This document shows, one piece after another, positions 18,111 through 28,317 of a stretch of 64,000 nucleotides of DNA. The DNA is taken from the NCBI GenBank assembly GCA_020403425.1, contig JADBXR010000007.1:26287-90286 (forward strand), given 5' to 3'. This stretch comes from Chitinophagaceae bacterium (GTDB lineage: Bacteria; Bacteroidota; Bacteroidia; Chitinophagales; Chitinophagaceae). The notes beneath the pieces are model-generated. The model was not told the origin of the DNA. It worked only from the letters and a program-made list of their open reading frames with translations, and did not search any database. Each line of letters opens with the position of its first letter. Position 1 is the first letter of the stretch. The position numbers and the translations under genes were made by a program.

Positions 18111-18629
18111 ATGGACTTCGAATACAGACACCTGATACCGGAAGATTTTCATCCTTCCTCCCGTGTATGGCTTTACCAGAGCAACCGCCTGTTCACCATC
18201 AGTGAAGCATTGGAGATCGAGGATATGCTGAAACAGTTCATCGGGCATTGGAAAAGTCATGGTGCACCCGTAAAAGGATATGGCAACCTGCTGTTCGGTC
18301 AGTTCATCGTACTGATGGCAGATGAAACACAGACAGGCGTGGGTGGATGCAGTACCGACAGCTCCGTACATTTCATCCAGAAAATCGAGGCCGCTTTTAA
18401 AGTGGACATGTTCAACCGCCAGAACCTGGCATTCCTGGTAAAAGACAAGATCGAGACCATTCCGATGGCACAACTCAATTATGCTTTGCAGAATGGGTTC
18501 CTTACACCCGACACGATCTATTTCAATAACCTGGTAAGCGACAAGAAAGCATTGTTCACCGAGTGGATGGTGCCGATCAGAGAGAGCTGGCTGGCCACAC
18601 GTATTGCCAAACAATCGGCAGGTCTGTAA
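18111..18629 (+). CDS. Conserved Bacteroidota hypothetical protein
   Basis: 'SRVWLYQSNR', 'WKSHG', 'GGCSTDSSVHFI', 'FNNLV', 'SW' resemble a family often mis-annotated as ABC transporter ATPase; no Walker A motif is present. Confidence 0.75.
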   Translation: MDFEYRHLIPEDFHPSSRVWLYQSNRLFTISEALEIEDMLKQFIGHWKSHGAPVKGYGNLLFGQFIVLMADETQTGVGGCSTDSSVHFIQKIEAAFKVDMFNRQNLAFLVKDKIETIPMAQLNYALQNGFLTPDTIYFNNLVSDKKALFTEWMVPIRESWLATRIAKQSAGL

Positions 18630-18649
18630 GCAAGGACCGATACCAGTAA

Positions 18650-21106
18650 TTACTTCTGTTGCAATTTATCCAGCGCTTCTTTGCGCTGTTTATCGTTCAG
18701 GTTACTACGTACCATCACTTTACTCAGCTGATAACTCACCGATAAACGGAAGTTTCTGGTATTACTGATGCTGTAACTCTCTATATTGAAATTACTGCCG
18801 TAGGTGAATCCACTGTACTTCTGCAGACCGAACGGATCTATGGCTGAGATGCCGATGATCACACGTTTGTTGAAGAATTTCCGCTGTACGCTCAAACTCA
18901 TGTTGACATTGCTGCGCGAGCGGCCCTGAGGTGTGGCGAAACTGGTATAACGGTTATTGGCTTCAATGATAGTAAGGTTATCCGGCGAATAGGTGTAGTT
19001 GAAAGTAGCATATGCCGTTCCTCCATCCACATAGCGATACAACTGTTTCTCCCGGGCGCTGTACTTATTGTAATTATATCCGCCGCTGATGCTGATCCTG
19101 AGTTTTTTGGCAATCGTTATGCCACTCCATACACTGGCCTGGTATTCCTCCTGGTCTGAGATGTTCTGCCAGGTGGTCTGCGTCTTACCACTATCGATCA
19201 GCGTACGGATCGAGTTGAACACATTCTTTACCCGGTTATAACCCAGCGAGGCGTTGATATTGAACTTCTTTGCCGCATAACTGAAGTTAAGGTCAAAATT
19301 ATCCGTCAGTGAGGGCTGGATATAGGGATTCCCAAAACGGACATTGAAGGGATCACTGAAATCAATACTAGGGTTCAATTCATTCATGCCCGGTCTGCGG
19401 ATGGTTTCCCGGAAAACGAACGACATATTGAACTCTCTGTCAAATTCTTTACGCAGCGTAAGATTAGGTAGTACCCGCCAGTAACTGTTGTTGGCATTGG
19501 GTGCATTTCCCTTCACAAAACGGAAATCGGTCCTTGTATTTTCTGCCTGTGCCCCTACGATCAGTTTTATATTGTGCCACAGCCCTATCACCAACGCCAA
19601 ACGGCCGGTATAGACCGACTGATGAAAATAAAAATCGTTGCTCAATATCGCATTCTCCACCAGTGCCTGGTCTGCTTTTCTGAGAAAACTTGTATTGAGC
19701 ATATTGTGGTACATGTTCGATGAATAGGTGCTTCCCATGGATAGGTACACGGTTCCTGTGTCGTTCAGGGGTTTGTTGTAATTCGCGTTCACATACCAGG
19801 AGGTGATGTAATTATCTATCAACTGCACCTGCGTAGAATCCAACCCGGTCGGTAAAAAATCCGCTCTGAGAAACTGCTGGTAAAAATCACGATTGTTCTC
19901 GTTCTTACTGAAGTTGATACCACTGTATACCTGCAGTTTCTCTACAGGATTCTTTCCCTTCCGCTGGTATGAACCCGAAATGCCATGGTTGTAACCGTTA
20001 CCCCCGTAGGCATTATCACGCGAACTGGCTTTATACACGTTCAGGAGACTGTCGCGGTTACTGTATAATACATGGCTGCTGTTCTGATAAAAATTCAAGT
20101 TGCCCTGGTACACAAAACTGGCGGTACTTTTTTTGGTAAAATCGTAATCGGCCTGGAAACGGGCGTTGGGATGCCTGCTGCGGTTATGGAACTCGGACTG
20201 TGAATAGAAATAATTGACAGAATCGCGGTAAATGTTCTGTCGGTGAGACCAGGAATTCCCCTGGTTCAAGGAAGATCCATAACCAATGCCTGAACTGATA
20301 TTCAGCTTACTACTACGATAATTGAAATGTCCCGAAATTCCGGCTTCGCCACGCGTGCCGCCACTAACGCTCAGTTTCTGGTAAATACCTACGCGCCCCT
20401 TGCGGGTTATGATATTGATGACCCCTCCGGGATATGTCGCATATTCAGGTGGTGGGTTCTGCATCACTTCCACTTTTTCCACCACGTTGGCCGGTAAACT
20501 CTCCAGCAGATCGCTTAGCTGCTGGCCGGTCAGGTTCACCGGTTTCTCATCCATCAGGATCAGGGGCTCTTTACCACGCAACAACAAAGTGCCATCCGGA
20601 TTGGCATTCATCAATGGCAGGTTGCGTAACATTTCGGATGCATTGGTACCATTACTGAGCGGACTCTCTGCCACGTTATAGATAACTTTTCCGTCACGGT
20701 TCTCAATGAGTGGTTTTTCTGCATACACCACTACTTCGTTCAATGTGGCAGCCGATGTACTTAACCTGATATCGCCAAGGTTAATATCTATCCTTTCTGC
20801 ATATATATGGATACTGTCCAAATGATATTTGGCAAAACCTACCACATCCACTGTTAAACGGTAATACCCGAAAGGAAGTTTTTCAAAATCAAAACCTCCG
20901 TTTTTGTCTGTAAGCAGACTAAAGGGCGTTTGATCGATATCCAGGCGGGCCAGCGACATGCTGGCAAATGGCAAAGCCTTACCGGATGTATTATCCAGCA
21001 CATTGCCGATCAGACTTCCTAACTGAACTTTTTGACGGTTATTTTCCTGCGCGTCCAGTGAAGTAAACAAGCCTGCCAATAGTAGTAAAACCCAAATTCT
21101 GCCCAT
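18650..21106 (-). CDS. TonB-dependent receptor-like outer-membrane beta-barrel protein, same family as 7909-10560
   Basis: Signal peptide from ATG 21106; 'VEKVEVMQNPPPEY...GGVINIITRK', 'IRRPGMNELNP', 'GNPYIQPS', 'LSVSYQL'. Confidence 0.8.
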   Translation of the reverse strand: MGRIWVLLLLAGLFTSLDAQENNRQKVQLGSLIGNVLDNTSGKALPFASMSLARLDIDQTPFSLLTDKNGGFDFEKLPFGYYRLTVDVVGFAKYHLDSIHIYAERIDINLGDIRLSTSAATLNEVVVYAEKPLIENRDGKVIYNVAESPLSNGTNASEMLRNLPLMNANPDGTLLLRGKEPLILMDEKPVNLTGQQLSDLLESLPANVVEKVEVMQNPPPEYATYPGGVINIITRKGRVGIYQKLSVSGGTRGEAGISGHFNYRSSKLNISSGIGYGSSLNQGNSWSHRQNIYRDSVNYFYSQSEFHNRSRHPNARFQADYDFTKKSTASFVYQGNLNFYQNSSHVLYSNRDSLLNVYKASSRDNAYGGNGYNHGISGSYQRKGKNPVEKLQVYSGINFSKNENNRDFYQQFLRADFLPTGLDSTQVQLIDNYITSWYVNANYNKPLNDTGTVYLSMGSTYSSNMYHNMLNTSFLRKADQALVENAILSNDFYFHQSVYTGRLALVIGLWHNIKLIVGAQAENTRTDFRFVKGNAPNANNSYWRVLPNLTLRKEFDREFNMSFVFRETIRRPGMNELNPSIDFSDPFNVRFGNPYIQPSLTDNFDLNFSYAAKKFNINASLGYNRVKNVFNSIRTLIDSGKTQTTWQNISDQEEYQASVWSGITIAKKLRISISGGYNYNKYSAREKQLYRYVDGGTAYATFNYTYSPDNLTIIEANNRYTSFATPQGRSRSNVNMSLSVQRKFFNKRVIIGISAIDPFGLQKYSGFTYGSNFNIESYSISNTRNFRLSVSYQLSKVMVRSNLNDKQRKEALDKLQQK

Positions 21107-21173
21107 GTAAGAATAGCTGGATACAAAATAAGTCATTGAGAGAGAATCCTTCAAATTATTGTCGTTCTGTGGC

Positions 21174-21181
21174 TATTTTTG
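21174..21181 (+). promoter_or_regulatory. -7 promoter box TATTTTTG
   Basis: Exact TAnnTTTG, 18 nt before ATG 21200. Confidence 0.65.
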
Positions 21182-21199
21182 CCGCCAAAATCGGTCAAT

Positions 21200-21556
21200 A
21201 TGTATACTGTTTACGGAATACCCAACTGCGATACGGTAAAGAAAGCCCTTACCTGGTTAGACGCACACAAAATACCCTATACCTTCCATAACTATAAGAA
21301 ACAAGGTATTACTGCCGCCAAACTGAAGAACTGGAGCAGCCAGACAGGTTGGGAAGCATTGCTGAACAGGAAAGGTACCACCTGGCGTAAACTGGATCCC
21401 GAAGTACAGGCATCCATCACCAGCGAGAAAGCAGCCATTCAACTGCTGGCGGGCAATACCAGCGCCATCAAACGCCCACTGATTGAGAACCCTGACGGCA
21501 AAGTGACCGCACTCGGGTTTGATCCGGCCAATTACGAGCAGGCCTTCAAAAAATAA
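21200..21556 (+). CDS. ArsC/Spx/YffB-family protein
   Basis: 'YGIPNCDTVKKA', 'LLNRKGTTWRKL', 'IKRPLI'. Confidence 0.88.
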   Translation: MYTVYGIPNCDTVKKALTWLDAHKIPYTFHNYKKQGITAAKLKNWSSQTGWEALLNRKGTTWRKLDPEVQASITSEKAAIQLLAGNTSAIKRPLIENPDGKVTALGFDPANYEQAFKK

Positions 21557-21561
21557 TCCAT

Positions 21562-21600
21562 AAAAAAAATCTCCGTTCCCCTGCAATGGGAAACGGAGAT
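21562..21600 (-). terminator. Terminator between convergent genes
   Basis: atctccgttccc/gggaaacggagat stem with one bulge; the 8-nt A run gives the U tail on the minus strand. Confidence 0.75.
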
Positions 21601-21620
21601 CATACCTTTTAGAGGATCGG

Positions 21621-22721
21621 TTATTTCAGGATCTCCTTCAACTTGTTCTGTAACTCTTCCCCACGAATATCGCGCGCAATGATCTTCCCATTCGGATCGA
21701 TGAGCAGGTTGGCAGGGATGCTCTGTATACCATATAATTGCGCAACTGCATTGTTCCAGTATTGCAGGTCACTAACATGGGTCCAGGTGAGGTTATCGGC
21801 CTTGATCGCAGCCAGCCAGTTGGGCTTGGACTGATCAAGGGACACACCCAGTACGGTAAAATTCTTGTCTTTGTAGGATTGATAGGCCGTTACTACGTTC
21901 GGGTTCTCCATACGGCAGGGTTTACACCAGCTTGCCCAGAAATCGACCAGTACATATTTGCCCCGGAAAGAAGCCAGTGATATCGGTTTACCATCCACAT
22001 CCTTCTGTGTAAAATCAATTGCCTGTGAACCCACTTTACCAATGAACTTCTTTTCGATCTCCCTGGCAAAACTTCCCTTTCGTGCAGAGGGCAGCAGCTG
22101 TCGGTAAGCGGTCTCCAGATCCTCTACATTTTCAAAAAGGGGCATAACCGCGAATAATGCCAGCGAGCTCACTGCAGAAGAGGGTTTTTCCCTGGCAAAA
22201 CGTTCCGCATTCGTTAAGGCACGGGTCCTGACCACCGAATAGAGTTTGATCAGTGAATCCCTGCTGGCTGCATTTTTCTCTGCATTGATCAGCTGCACTT
22301 TATTACGCAGTTCTTCGAACAGGGGATTGAAAGAGGCTTTGAATGATTCATAATCCGTTTCTGTAGCCGATCCCTTCACCTGAACCGTAGCCGGTTCCGC
22401 CAGATTACCCGAAACAGAGATATTATCGTTAAAGATGAACAGGTCCAGCACCTGCTGATACCCACTGAAACTTACCTGAAAAATATCCGGTTCCGTCAGT
22501 TTGCCTTTCAGGGTGAACACCCCTTTCTTTACTTTATCCTTCGCAATGATATTGCCGGTACTGCCACCACGCAACACCACTTCCGTGCTGTCTTTGACTC
22601 CTGCCAGGTTTCCCTTGATCACAAAACCTCCACCCGAGGGGGGTGTCATCATGGTAAAACCCTGACCACCCTGTGCCAGGCTCATCAATGGCATCAATAA
22701 TACAACCAGTACTCTTTTCAT
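21621..22721 (-). CDS. DUF4369 + TlpA/ResA-like thioredoxin-fold disulfide reductase
   Basis: Signal peptide from ATG 22721; 'VLVDFWASWCKPCRMENP', 'YGIQSIPANLLIDPNGKIIAR'. Confidence 0.88.
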   Translation of the reverse strand: MKRVLVVLLMPLMSLAQGGQGFTMMTPPSGGGFVIKGNLAGVKDSTEVVLRGGSTGNIIAKDKVKKGVFTLKGKLTEPDIFQVSFSGYQQVLDLFIFNDNISVSGNLAEPATVQVKGSATETDYESFKASFNPLFEELRNKVQLINAEKNAASRDSLIKLYSVVRTRALTNAERFAREKPSSAVSSLALFAVMPLFENVEDLETAYRQLLPSARKGSFAREIEKKFIGKVGSQAIDFTQKDVDGKPISLASFRGKYVLVDFWASWCKPCRMENPNVVTAYQSYKDKNFTVLGVSLDQSKPNWLAAIKADNLTWTHVSDLQYWNNAVAQLYGIQSIPANLLIDPNGKIIARDIRGEELQNKLKEILK

Positions 22722-22725
22722 ATTT

Positions 22726-23322
22726 TTATTTGGAATGACGTTTTTGAAGTACATCCATTACAGCCTGTAAATTATGTCCTTTCGCGTTAAGCAAAAGCAA
22801 ATAATGGAACATCAGATCGGCAGCTTCATTCAGGAACAGATCGTCGTTATTGTCTTTGGCCTCAATCACCAGTTCTACCGCTTCCTCACCCACTTTCTGG
22901 GCTATTTTATTCAATCCCTTACCAAACAGGCGTGCCACATACGATTCATCCGGAGATGCTTTCTTACGCAGGCGAATGATGTCTTCCAGATAAAACAGGA
23001 AATTATCACTGTGATTGCGCTCACTCCAGCAGGTATCGGCGCCGGTATGGCAAACCGGTCCCAGCGGGTGCGCTTTGATCAACAGGGTGTCATGATCACA
23101 ATCTTCCGTAATGCTTTTCACTTCCAGGAAATTACCACTCTCTTCTCCCTTGGTCCATAAGCGACCCTTACTACGGCTGAAGAAGGTCACTTTCCCTGTC
23201 TGTTCTGTTTTTTCCAATGCTTCGGCATTCATAAAACCCAGCATCAGCACTTTGTGCGTATGGAAATCCTGCACAATGGCCGGCACCAGTCCATCCGCAT
23301 ATTTGGCATAATCTATTTTCAT
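22726..23322 (-). CDS. hisIE: Bifunctional phosphoribosyl-AMP cyclohydrolase / phosphoribosyl-ATP diphosphatase
   Basis: 'WTKGEESGN', 'DCDHDTLL', 'VCHTGADTC', 'AQKVGEEAVE', 'EAADLMFH'. ATG 23322. Confidence 0.95.
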   Translation of the reverse strand: MKIDYAKYADGLVPAIVQDFHTHKVLMLGFMNAEALEKTEQTGKVTFFSRSKGRLWTKGEESGNFLEVKSITEDCDHDTLLIKAHPLGPVCHTGADTCWSERNHSDNFLFYLEDIIRLRKKASPDESYVARLFGKGLNKIAQKVGEEAVELVIEAKDNNDDLFLNEAADLMFHYLLLLNAKGHNLQAVMDVLQKRHSK

Positions 23323-23474
23323 GTTTCCAGCTTTTTGTTGTTGTGTCAGCCCGGTTGCGTCGCACACTTGTACAGCATCGCCAAGTTCGGCTGTTATCGT
23401 ATCGTCCCGTCACCGGGTCGTAAAGGTACAGTAACTATTGTTTTGCCACCCCTTTGACCGCAGTTGCCCGAACA

Positions 23475-24233
23475 TTATTGCCTGACCACGATCCCCTTGT
23501 CATGCAGGTAGCTTTTCAGTTCCGGTATACCTATCTCCTTGAAGTGGAAGATGCTGGCAGCCAATGCCGCATCCGCCTTACCGGTGGTGAACACATCCAC
23601 AAAATGATCCATCGTTCCTCCTCCACCCGAAGCGATCACCGGCACAGGAAGGCTTCCGGCCAAAGCGGCGGTAATGTCCAGGGCAAAACCCTGTTTGGTA
23701 CCGTCGTGGTTCATCGAGGTCAGCAATATCTCCCCTGCGCCCAGGTCTACGGCCTGTTTGGCCCAGTCGGTGCAAAGTGTATCGGTTTTCACACGGCCTC
23801 CATTCAGGTACACATACCACTGACCGTCCGCTTCCTGTTTGGTATCAATGGCCAGCACCACGCACTGGCTGCCGAATTCCCTTGCCAGATCTGCAATGAG
23901 CTGTGGGTTCCGGTAGGCTGCGGTGTTCACCGAGATCTTATCGGCACCGTTCTGGAGCAACACGCTCACATCTTCCACGCTGCTGATACCGCCACCCACC
24001 GTAAAAGGGATATTGATATGGTGCGAGATCTTGTTCACCAGCTCGCTCAGCGTTTTTCTTTTCTCTACGGTTGCCGTAATATCCAGGAACACCAGTTCAT
24101 CCGCTCCCTGCCGGGCATACAAGGCACCCAGCTCAACCGGATCACCTGCATCCCGTATATTCTCAAAGTTGACGCCTTTCACAGTGCGACCATCTTTGAT
24201 ATCCAGGCAGGGTATGATTCGTTTTGTCAGCAT
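23475..24233 (-). CDS. hisF: Imidazole glycerol phosphate synthase cyclase subunit
   Basis: '[23 protein letters not shown]', '[12 protein letters not shown]', '[13 protein letters not shown]', '[10 protein letters not shown]'. Confidence 0.96.
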   Translation of the reverse strand: MLTKRIIPCLDIKDGRTVKGVNFENIRDAGDPVELGALYARQGADELVFLDITATVEKRKTLSELVNKISHHINIPFTVGGGISSVEDVSVLLQNGADKISVNTAAYRNPQLIADLAREFGSQCVVLAIDTKQEADGQWYVYLNGGRVKTDTLCTDWAKQAVDLGAGEILLTSMNHDGTKQGFALDITAALAGSLPVPVIASGGGGTMDHFVDVFTTGKADAALAASIFHFKEIGIPELKSYLHDKGIVVRQ

Positions 24234-24275
24234 ATATCTGTTTTGTGCTGCAACCTGTGCCGCAGCGTTCCACTT

Positions 24276-24989
24276 TTAAAAATTGATCAATTCAGTAAGG
24301 GTGATCCTGTTCTCATAGATCGCCTTTCCCACAATAGCACCACAGCAACCGATCAGTTTCAATTCTTCCAGGTCTTCTAGTGTGGCCACACCACCACTGG
24401 CAATAAAAATGAGGTCCGGGAAACGATGGATGATCTTTTCGTACAACACTATCGAAGGTCCTTCCAGTTTTCCATCCTTACTTACATCGGTACAGAACAC
24501 CTGTGTGATGCCATACCCAATGTATTTTTCCAGGAAACTGAAAATATCGATCTCTGTCGTCTCCAGCCAGCCGCCCACCGCTATCTTCTCATCTTTTACA
24601 TCAGCACCCAATAAAAATTTCTCAGCCCCGTATTTCTGTATCCACTCTACAAATAAAGATTCATTCTTTACGGCCAGGCTGCCAATGGTTGCAAAAGCGG
24701 CGCCAGATCTGAATACGGTACGCAGGTCATCTTCGGTTTTGATACCTCCGCCATAATCCACTACCAGCGAAGTAGCCTTGGTAATGGCTTCCAGGATCTT
24801 CCAGTTCTTGATGGCTCCGGCCTTGGCGCCATCCAGGTCTACCAGGTGTAAACGCTGCAGGCCCGCATCTTCGAACTCTTTGGCCACTTCCAGGGGGTTG
24901 GAGTTATAGATGGTCTTCTGGTCATAATCACCCTGCGTGAGGCGGACACATTTTCCATCAATGATATCGATTGCGGGTATGATCTGCAT
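24276..24989 (-). CDS. hisA: ProFAR isomerase
   Basis: 'IIPAIDIIDGKCVRLTQG', 'LHLVDLDGA', 'GGGIK', 'CTDVSKDGKLEGP', 'IASGGV'. Confidence 0.95.
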   Translation of the reverse strand: MQIIPAIDIIDGKCVRLTQGDYDQKTIYNSNPLEVAKEFEDAGLQRLHLVDLDGAKAGAIKNWKILEAITKATSLVVDYGGGIKTEDDLRTVFRSGAAFATIGSLAVKNESLFVEWIQKYGAEKFLLGADVKDEKIAVGGWLETTEIDIFSFLEKYIGYGITQVFCTDVSKDGKLEGPSIVLYEKIIHRFPDLIFIASGGVATLEDLEELKLIGCCGAIVGKAIYENRITLTELINF

Positions 24990-25045
24990 GGGAAGAAGGT
25001 TAATTGAGAATGAGAAATCGGTAATTATGCTTTTTTAGGGCGATT

Positions 25046-25627
25046 TTATAGGGTAATGAAATTCTTCAGGATCTGTTCACCTACTGAAGCGCTTTTCTCC
25101 GGGTGAAACTGAACACCATAAAAATTCCGCTTCTGCAGGGCGCTGCTGAAACGAACACCATATTCTGTGGTAGCAGTAGTTTCATCGCATAAATCCGCAT
25201 AGTAACTATGAACAAAATAGCAGTAAGCCTCTTTCGGAAGATGACTAAACAAAGGTTCCCGGGTTTCTTGTACCAGGTTCCACCCTATCTGCGGTATTTT
25301 CAGACTGCCGGAAAATCTTCTCACAGTCGTATCAAAAATGCCCAGGCAATCTGTATTGTTCTCTTCACTATGCATACACATGAGCTGCATACCGAGACAA
25401 ATGCCCAACACCGGTTGTTCCAGGTTTTTGATCAGGCTATCCAGTTGCCTTTCTTTCAGGTAATTCATCGCGCTGCTGGCCTCTCCTACGCCGGGGAAGA
25501 TCACTTTATCGGCCGACCGCAATAGGGCATGATCATCCGTCACCTCGGCTTCCATTCCAATTCTTTCCAGTGCATACAATACAGACTGGATATTTCCGGC
25601 ATTATATTTTACAATTGCAAGTTTCAT
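25046..25627 (-). CDS. hisH: Imidazole glycerol phosphate synthase glutaminase subunit
   Basis: 'YNAGNIQSV', 'PGVGEA', 'LGICLGMQL', 'YFVHSYY', 'QFHPEKS'. Confidence 0.95.
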   Translation of the reverse strand: MKLAIVKYNAGNIQSVLYALERIGMEAEVTDDHALLRSADKVIFPGVGEASSAMNYLKERQLDSLIKNLEQPVLGICLGMQLMCMHSEENNTDCLGIFDTTVRRFSGSLKIPQIGWNLVQETREPLFSHLPKEAYCYFVHSYYADLCDETTATTEYGVRFSSALQKRNFYGVQFHPEKSASVGEQILKNFITL

Positions 25628-25645
25628 AATAGACAAGGTTCATTC

Positions 25646-26416
25646 TTAATTCAGCACTTCTCCCAGAAATTGCCGGGTAGCTGTTTCAATATCAGTGGCA
25701 TTTTCCAGCATCTTGATATAGGCGGTTCCGATGATGGCGCCATTGGCGTATTTGCAGGCCGACTGGAAGGTCTCCTTGTCCTTGATACCAAAACCTACCA
25801 GCACGGGGTTCCGGAGTTGCATGGACTGCAGCCGTTGCAGGTACAATTCAACAGCGGAAAAATCCTTCTCCTTACCGGTAGTGGCTGATGAGCTTACCGC
25901 ATACAAGAAACCGCTACTCAGTTCATCCAGCTTACGCACACGTTCTTCTGAAGTTTCGGGTGTCACCAGGAAAATAAAATCCAGTCCGTATTTCCTGATG
26001 ATGGCCCCATATTCTGTTTCAAATTCAAACTCGGGCAGGTCCGGCAATATCAGTCCATCAACACCCACAGCTGCCGCATCGGCACAGAATTTTTCAAAGC
26101 CGTATTGCAGTATCGGGTTCATATATCCCATCAATATCACCGGCACACGGATCGTTTTGCGAAAATCCTTCAGTTGCGTGAACAAGGTGGCCAGTGTCAT
26201 GCCATTGGTCAGGGCACGGCTGCTGCTGGCCTGTATCACCGGACCATCTGCCAATGGATCACTGTACGGCATACCCAGCTCTATCAGGTTCGCACCTGCG
26301 TCCTGCAAGGCTTTCATTACAGTCACCGTACTATTCAGTTCGGGATAACCTGCCGTACAGTATACATTCAATACCTGTTGTTTTTTTTCGGCAAAAAGTT
26401 GTTGTATTCTACTCAT
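25646..26416 (-). CDS. trpA: Tryptophan synthase alpha chain
   Basis: 'IELGMPYSDPLADGPVIQ', 'LMGYMNP', 'GLILPDLP', 'VGFGI'. Confidence 0.96.
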   Translation of the reverse strand: MSRIQQLFAEKKQQVLNVYCTAGYPELNSTVTVMKALQDAGANLIELGMPYSDPLADGPVIQASSSRALTNGMTLATLFTQLKDFRKTIRVPVILMGYMNPILQYGFEKFCADAAAVGVDGLILPDLPEFEFETEYGAIIRKYGLDFIFLVTPETSEERVRKLDELSSGFLYAVSSSATTGKEKDFSAVELYLQRLQSMQLRNPVLVGFGIKDKETFQSACKYANGAIIGTAYIKMLENATDIETATRQFLGEVLN

Positions 26417-26471
26417 AATTTTCCGGGTACCGCCGGTTGTTCAAACACCCGCAGCACTATATTTTATTGTT

Positions 26472-27662
26472 TTACATGGCATTCATATAAGTAGCCAGGT
26501 CCTTATCGCCCCTGCCGCTTAAACAAAGCACTACCCTATCCGTTGGTTTCAGTTTCAGTTTTCCCAGAACGGCAAACGCATGGGCCGTTTCCAGTGCAGG
26601 AATGATACCTTCTGTTTTACTCACATGAAAAGCTGCCTGTAAAGCCTCTTCATCCGTTGCACTCAGGAAGGTTCCCCGACCACTGGCAAATAAATGTGCA
26701 TGTAGGGGACCCACTCCGGGATAATCCAGTCCGGCCGATATACTATGTGGCTCTACCACCTGTCCGTCTGCAGTTTGCATAACCAGGCTTTTGCTTCCAT
26801 GGAGAATACCCGGTTTACCCAGTTGTGTGGTGGCTGCACTCATACCGGTGTTCACCCCATACCCGGCAGCTTCCACGGCTACCAATTGTACACTCAGTTC
26901 ATCCAGAAAATGATAAAAAGCACCTGCTGCATTACTGCCGCCACCCACGCAGGCCACTACATGAGTTGGCAGTTCATTGCCTGTTTTTTCCTGTAACTGC
27001 CAGCGGGTCTCCTCGCTGATCACACTCTGAAAACGGGCCACCATATCCGGGTAAGGATGCGGACCTACCACGCTGCCGATGATATAATGCGTATCTGCCG
27101 GATTATTGATCCAATCACGGATGGCCTCATTGGTGGCATCCTTCAATGTTTTACTGCCACTGGTGGCGGGCACCACTTTTGCTCCCAGCATTTTCATTCT
27201 AGCCACATTGGGTGCCTGGCGCTCGATATCCTTTTCGCCCATATACACAATACACTCCATGCCTTTAAGGGCGCAGACCGTAGCCGTGGCCACTCCATGC
27301 TGACCGGCACCGGTCTCGGCAATGATACGTGTCTTTCCCAGTTTTCGTGCCAGCAAGATCTGACCGATGGTATTGTTGATCTTATGTGCACCCGTATGGC
27401 AAAGATCTTCACGCTTCAGGTAAATGGAACTGTTGAATTCTTTGCTCAACCTTTCTGCCAGGAACAAGGGTGTTGGCCTACCTACGTAATCTTTCAACAA
27501 CAACCTGAATTCTTTCTGAAAAGAAGGTTCATACATGATGTCGAGATAACGGGCCTTCAATTCTTCCACATTCCTGTGTAACATTTCAGGAATATAGGCG
27601 CCGCCAAACTGTCCATAATATCCCTGCTCATTCGGTTGCTGATAAGTTTTGGTTGCTGTCAT
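26472..27662 (-). CDS. trpB: Tryptophan synthase beta chain
   Basis: '[16 protein letters not shown]', '[13 protein letters not shown]', 'CVGGGSNA', '[12 protein letters not shown]', 'LSGRGDKD'. Confidence 0.97.
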   Translation of the reverse strand: MTATKTYQQPNEQGYYGQFGGAYIPEMLHRNVEELKARYLDIMYEPSFQKEFRLLLKDYVGRPTPLFLAERLSKEFNSSIYLKREDLCHTGAHKINNTIGQILLARKLGKTRIIAETGAGQHGVATATVCALKGMECIVYMGEKDIERQAPNVARMKMLGAKVVPATSGSKTLKDATNEAIRDWINNPADTHYIIGSVVGPHPYPDMVARFQSVISEETRWQLQEKTGNELPTHVVACVGGGSNAAGAFYHFLDELSVQLVAVEAAGYGVNTGMSAATTQLGKPGILHGSKSLVMQTADGQVVEPHSISAGLDYPGVGPLHAHLFASGRGTFLSATDEEALQAAFHVSKTEGIIPALETAHAFAVLGKLKLKPTDRVVLCLSGRGDKDLATYMNAM

Positions 27663-27674
27663 CTTATATGCTGA

Positions 27675-28316
27675 TTATATCTGTTTTACGGATTGTATGA
27701 ACGACCGAAGCATGTCCATGTCTTTGATGCCCGGCGCTATCTCAAATTTGCTGTTCACATCTGCCGAGAAAAGGTCTTTCGATACCGGTTCCCCGGAAAA
27801 TTCTTTTAGTTTGTCCACATCATTGGGCCCGATACCACCACTGAGAAAAAACGGTTTGCCGATATTCAGCCCGCGGAGGATGTTCCAGTCAAATTGTTTA
27901 CCCGTACCTCCATAACCGGCACCTTCCGTATCAAAGAGGAACATATCGGCAATGTCCATATAGTCTTTCACTTTCCACAACACGTTGTCTTCCTCACGTA
28001 AACGAAACGCTTTCACCACACCCACATAATTGGCAATTTTTTCGCAGTACTTTGGGGTCTCGTCTCCATGCAGCTGTACCAGGTACAGGCCACATTCGTC
28101 CACTGCCTGCAAGACCTCCTCCACCGTGGCGTTTACAAATACCCCTACTTTATTGATGTGTTTTCCTTTGATCTTTTTGATCTCGGCCTGCGGCATGAAT
28201 TTGTGAACATAACGGGGCGACTTGGGATAGAAAATGAATCCTGCGAATTCCACACCCATTTCATCGAGTTGAAGAACCTGCTCCGTGCTGGTCATACCGC
28301 AAACCTTGATCCGCAT
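27675..28316 (-). CDS. trpF: Phosphoribosylanthranilate isomerase
   Basis: 'IKVCGM', 'VQLHGDE', 'LFDT...GGTGKQFDW', 'FLSGGI'. Confidence 0.94.
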   Translation of the reverse strand: MRIKVCGMTSTEQVLQLDEMGVEFAGFIFYPKSPRYVHKFMPQAEIKKIKGKHINKVGVFVNATVEEVLQAVDECGLYLVQLHGDETPKYCEKIANYVGVVKAFRLREEDNVLWKVKDYMDIADMFLFDTEGAGYGGTGKQFDWNILRGLNIGKPFFLSGGIGPNDVDKLKEFSGEPVSKDLFSADVNSKFEIAPGIKDMDMLRSFIQSVKQI

Positions 28317-28317
28317 A

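Noticed and set aside
18111-18629. ABC transporter ATPase label
   Set aside because: No Walker A/B or ABC signature in 172 aa.
23323-23474. ZTP (pfl) or PRPP/ykkC riboswitch before hisIE
   Set aside because: The diagnostic conserved segments of these families are absent; kept only as an unclassified element.
23454-24380. 308-aa + strand ORF (similarly 29213-30055, 35921-36880, 46229-47062, 25731-26348)
   Set aside because: Each is fully antisense to a strongly supported gene, with no recognisable domain or promoter.
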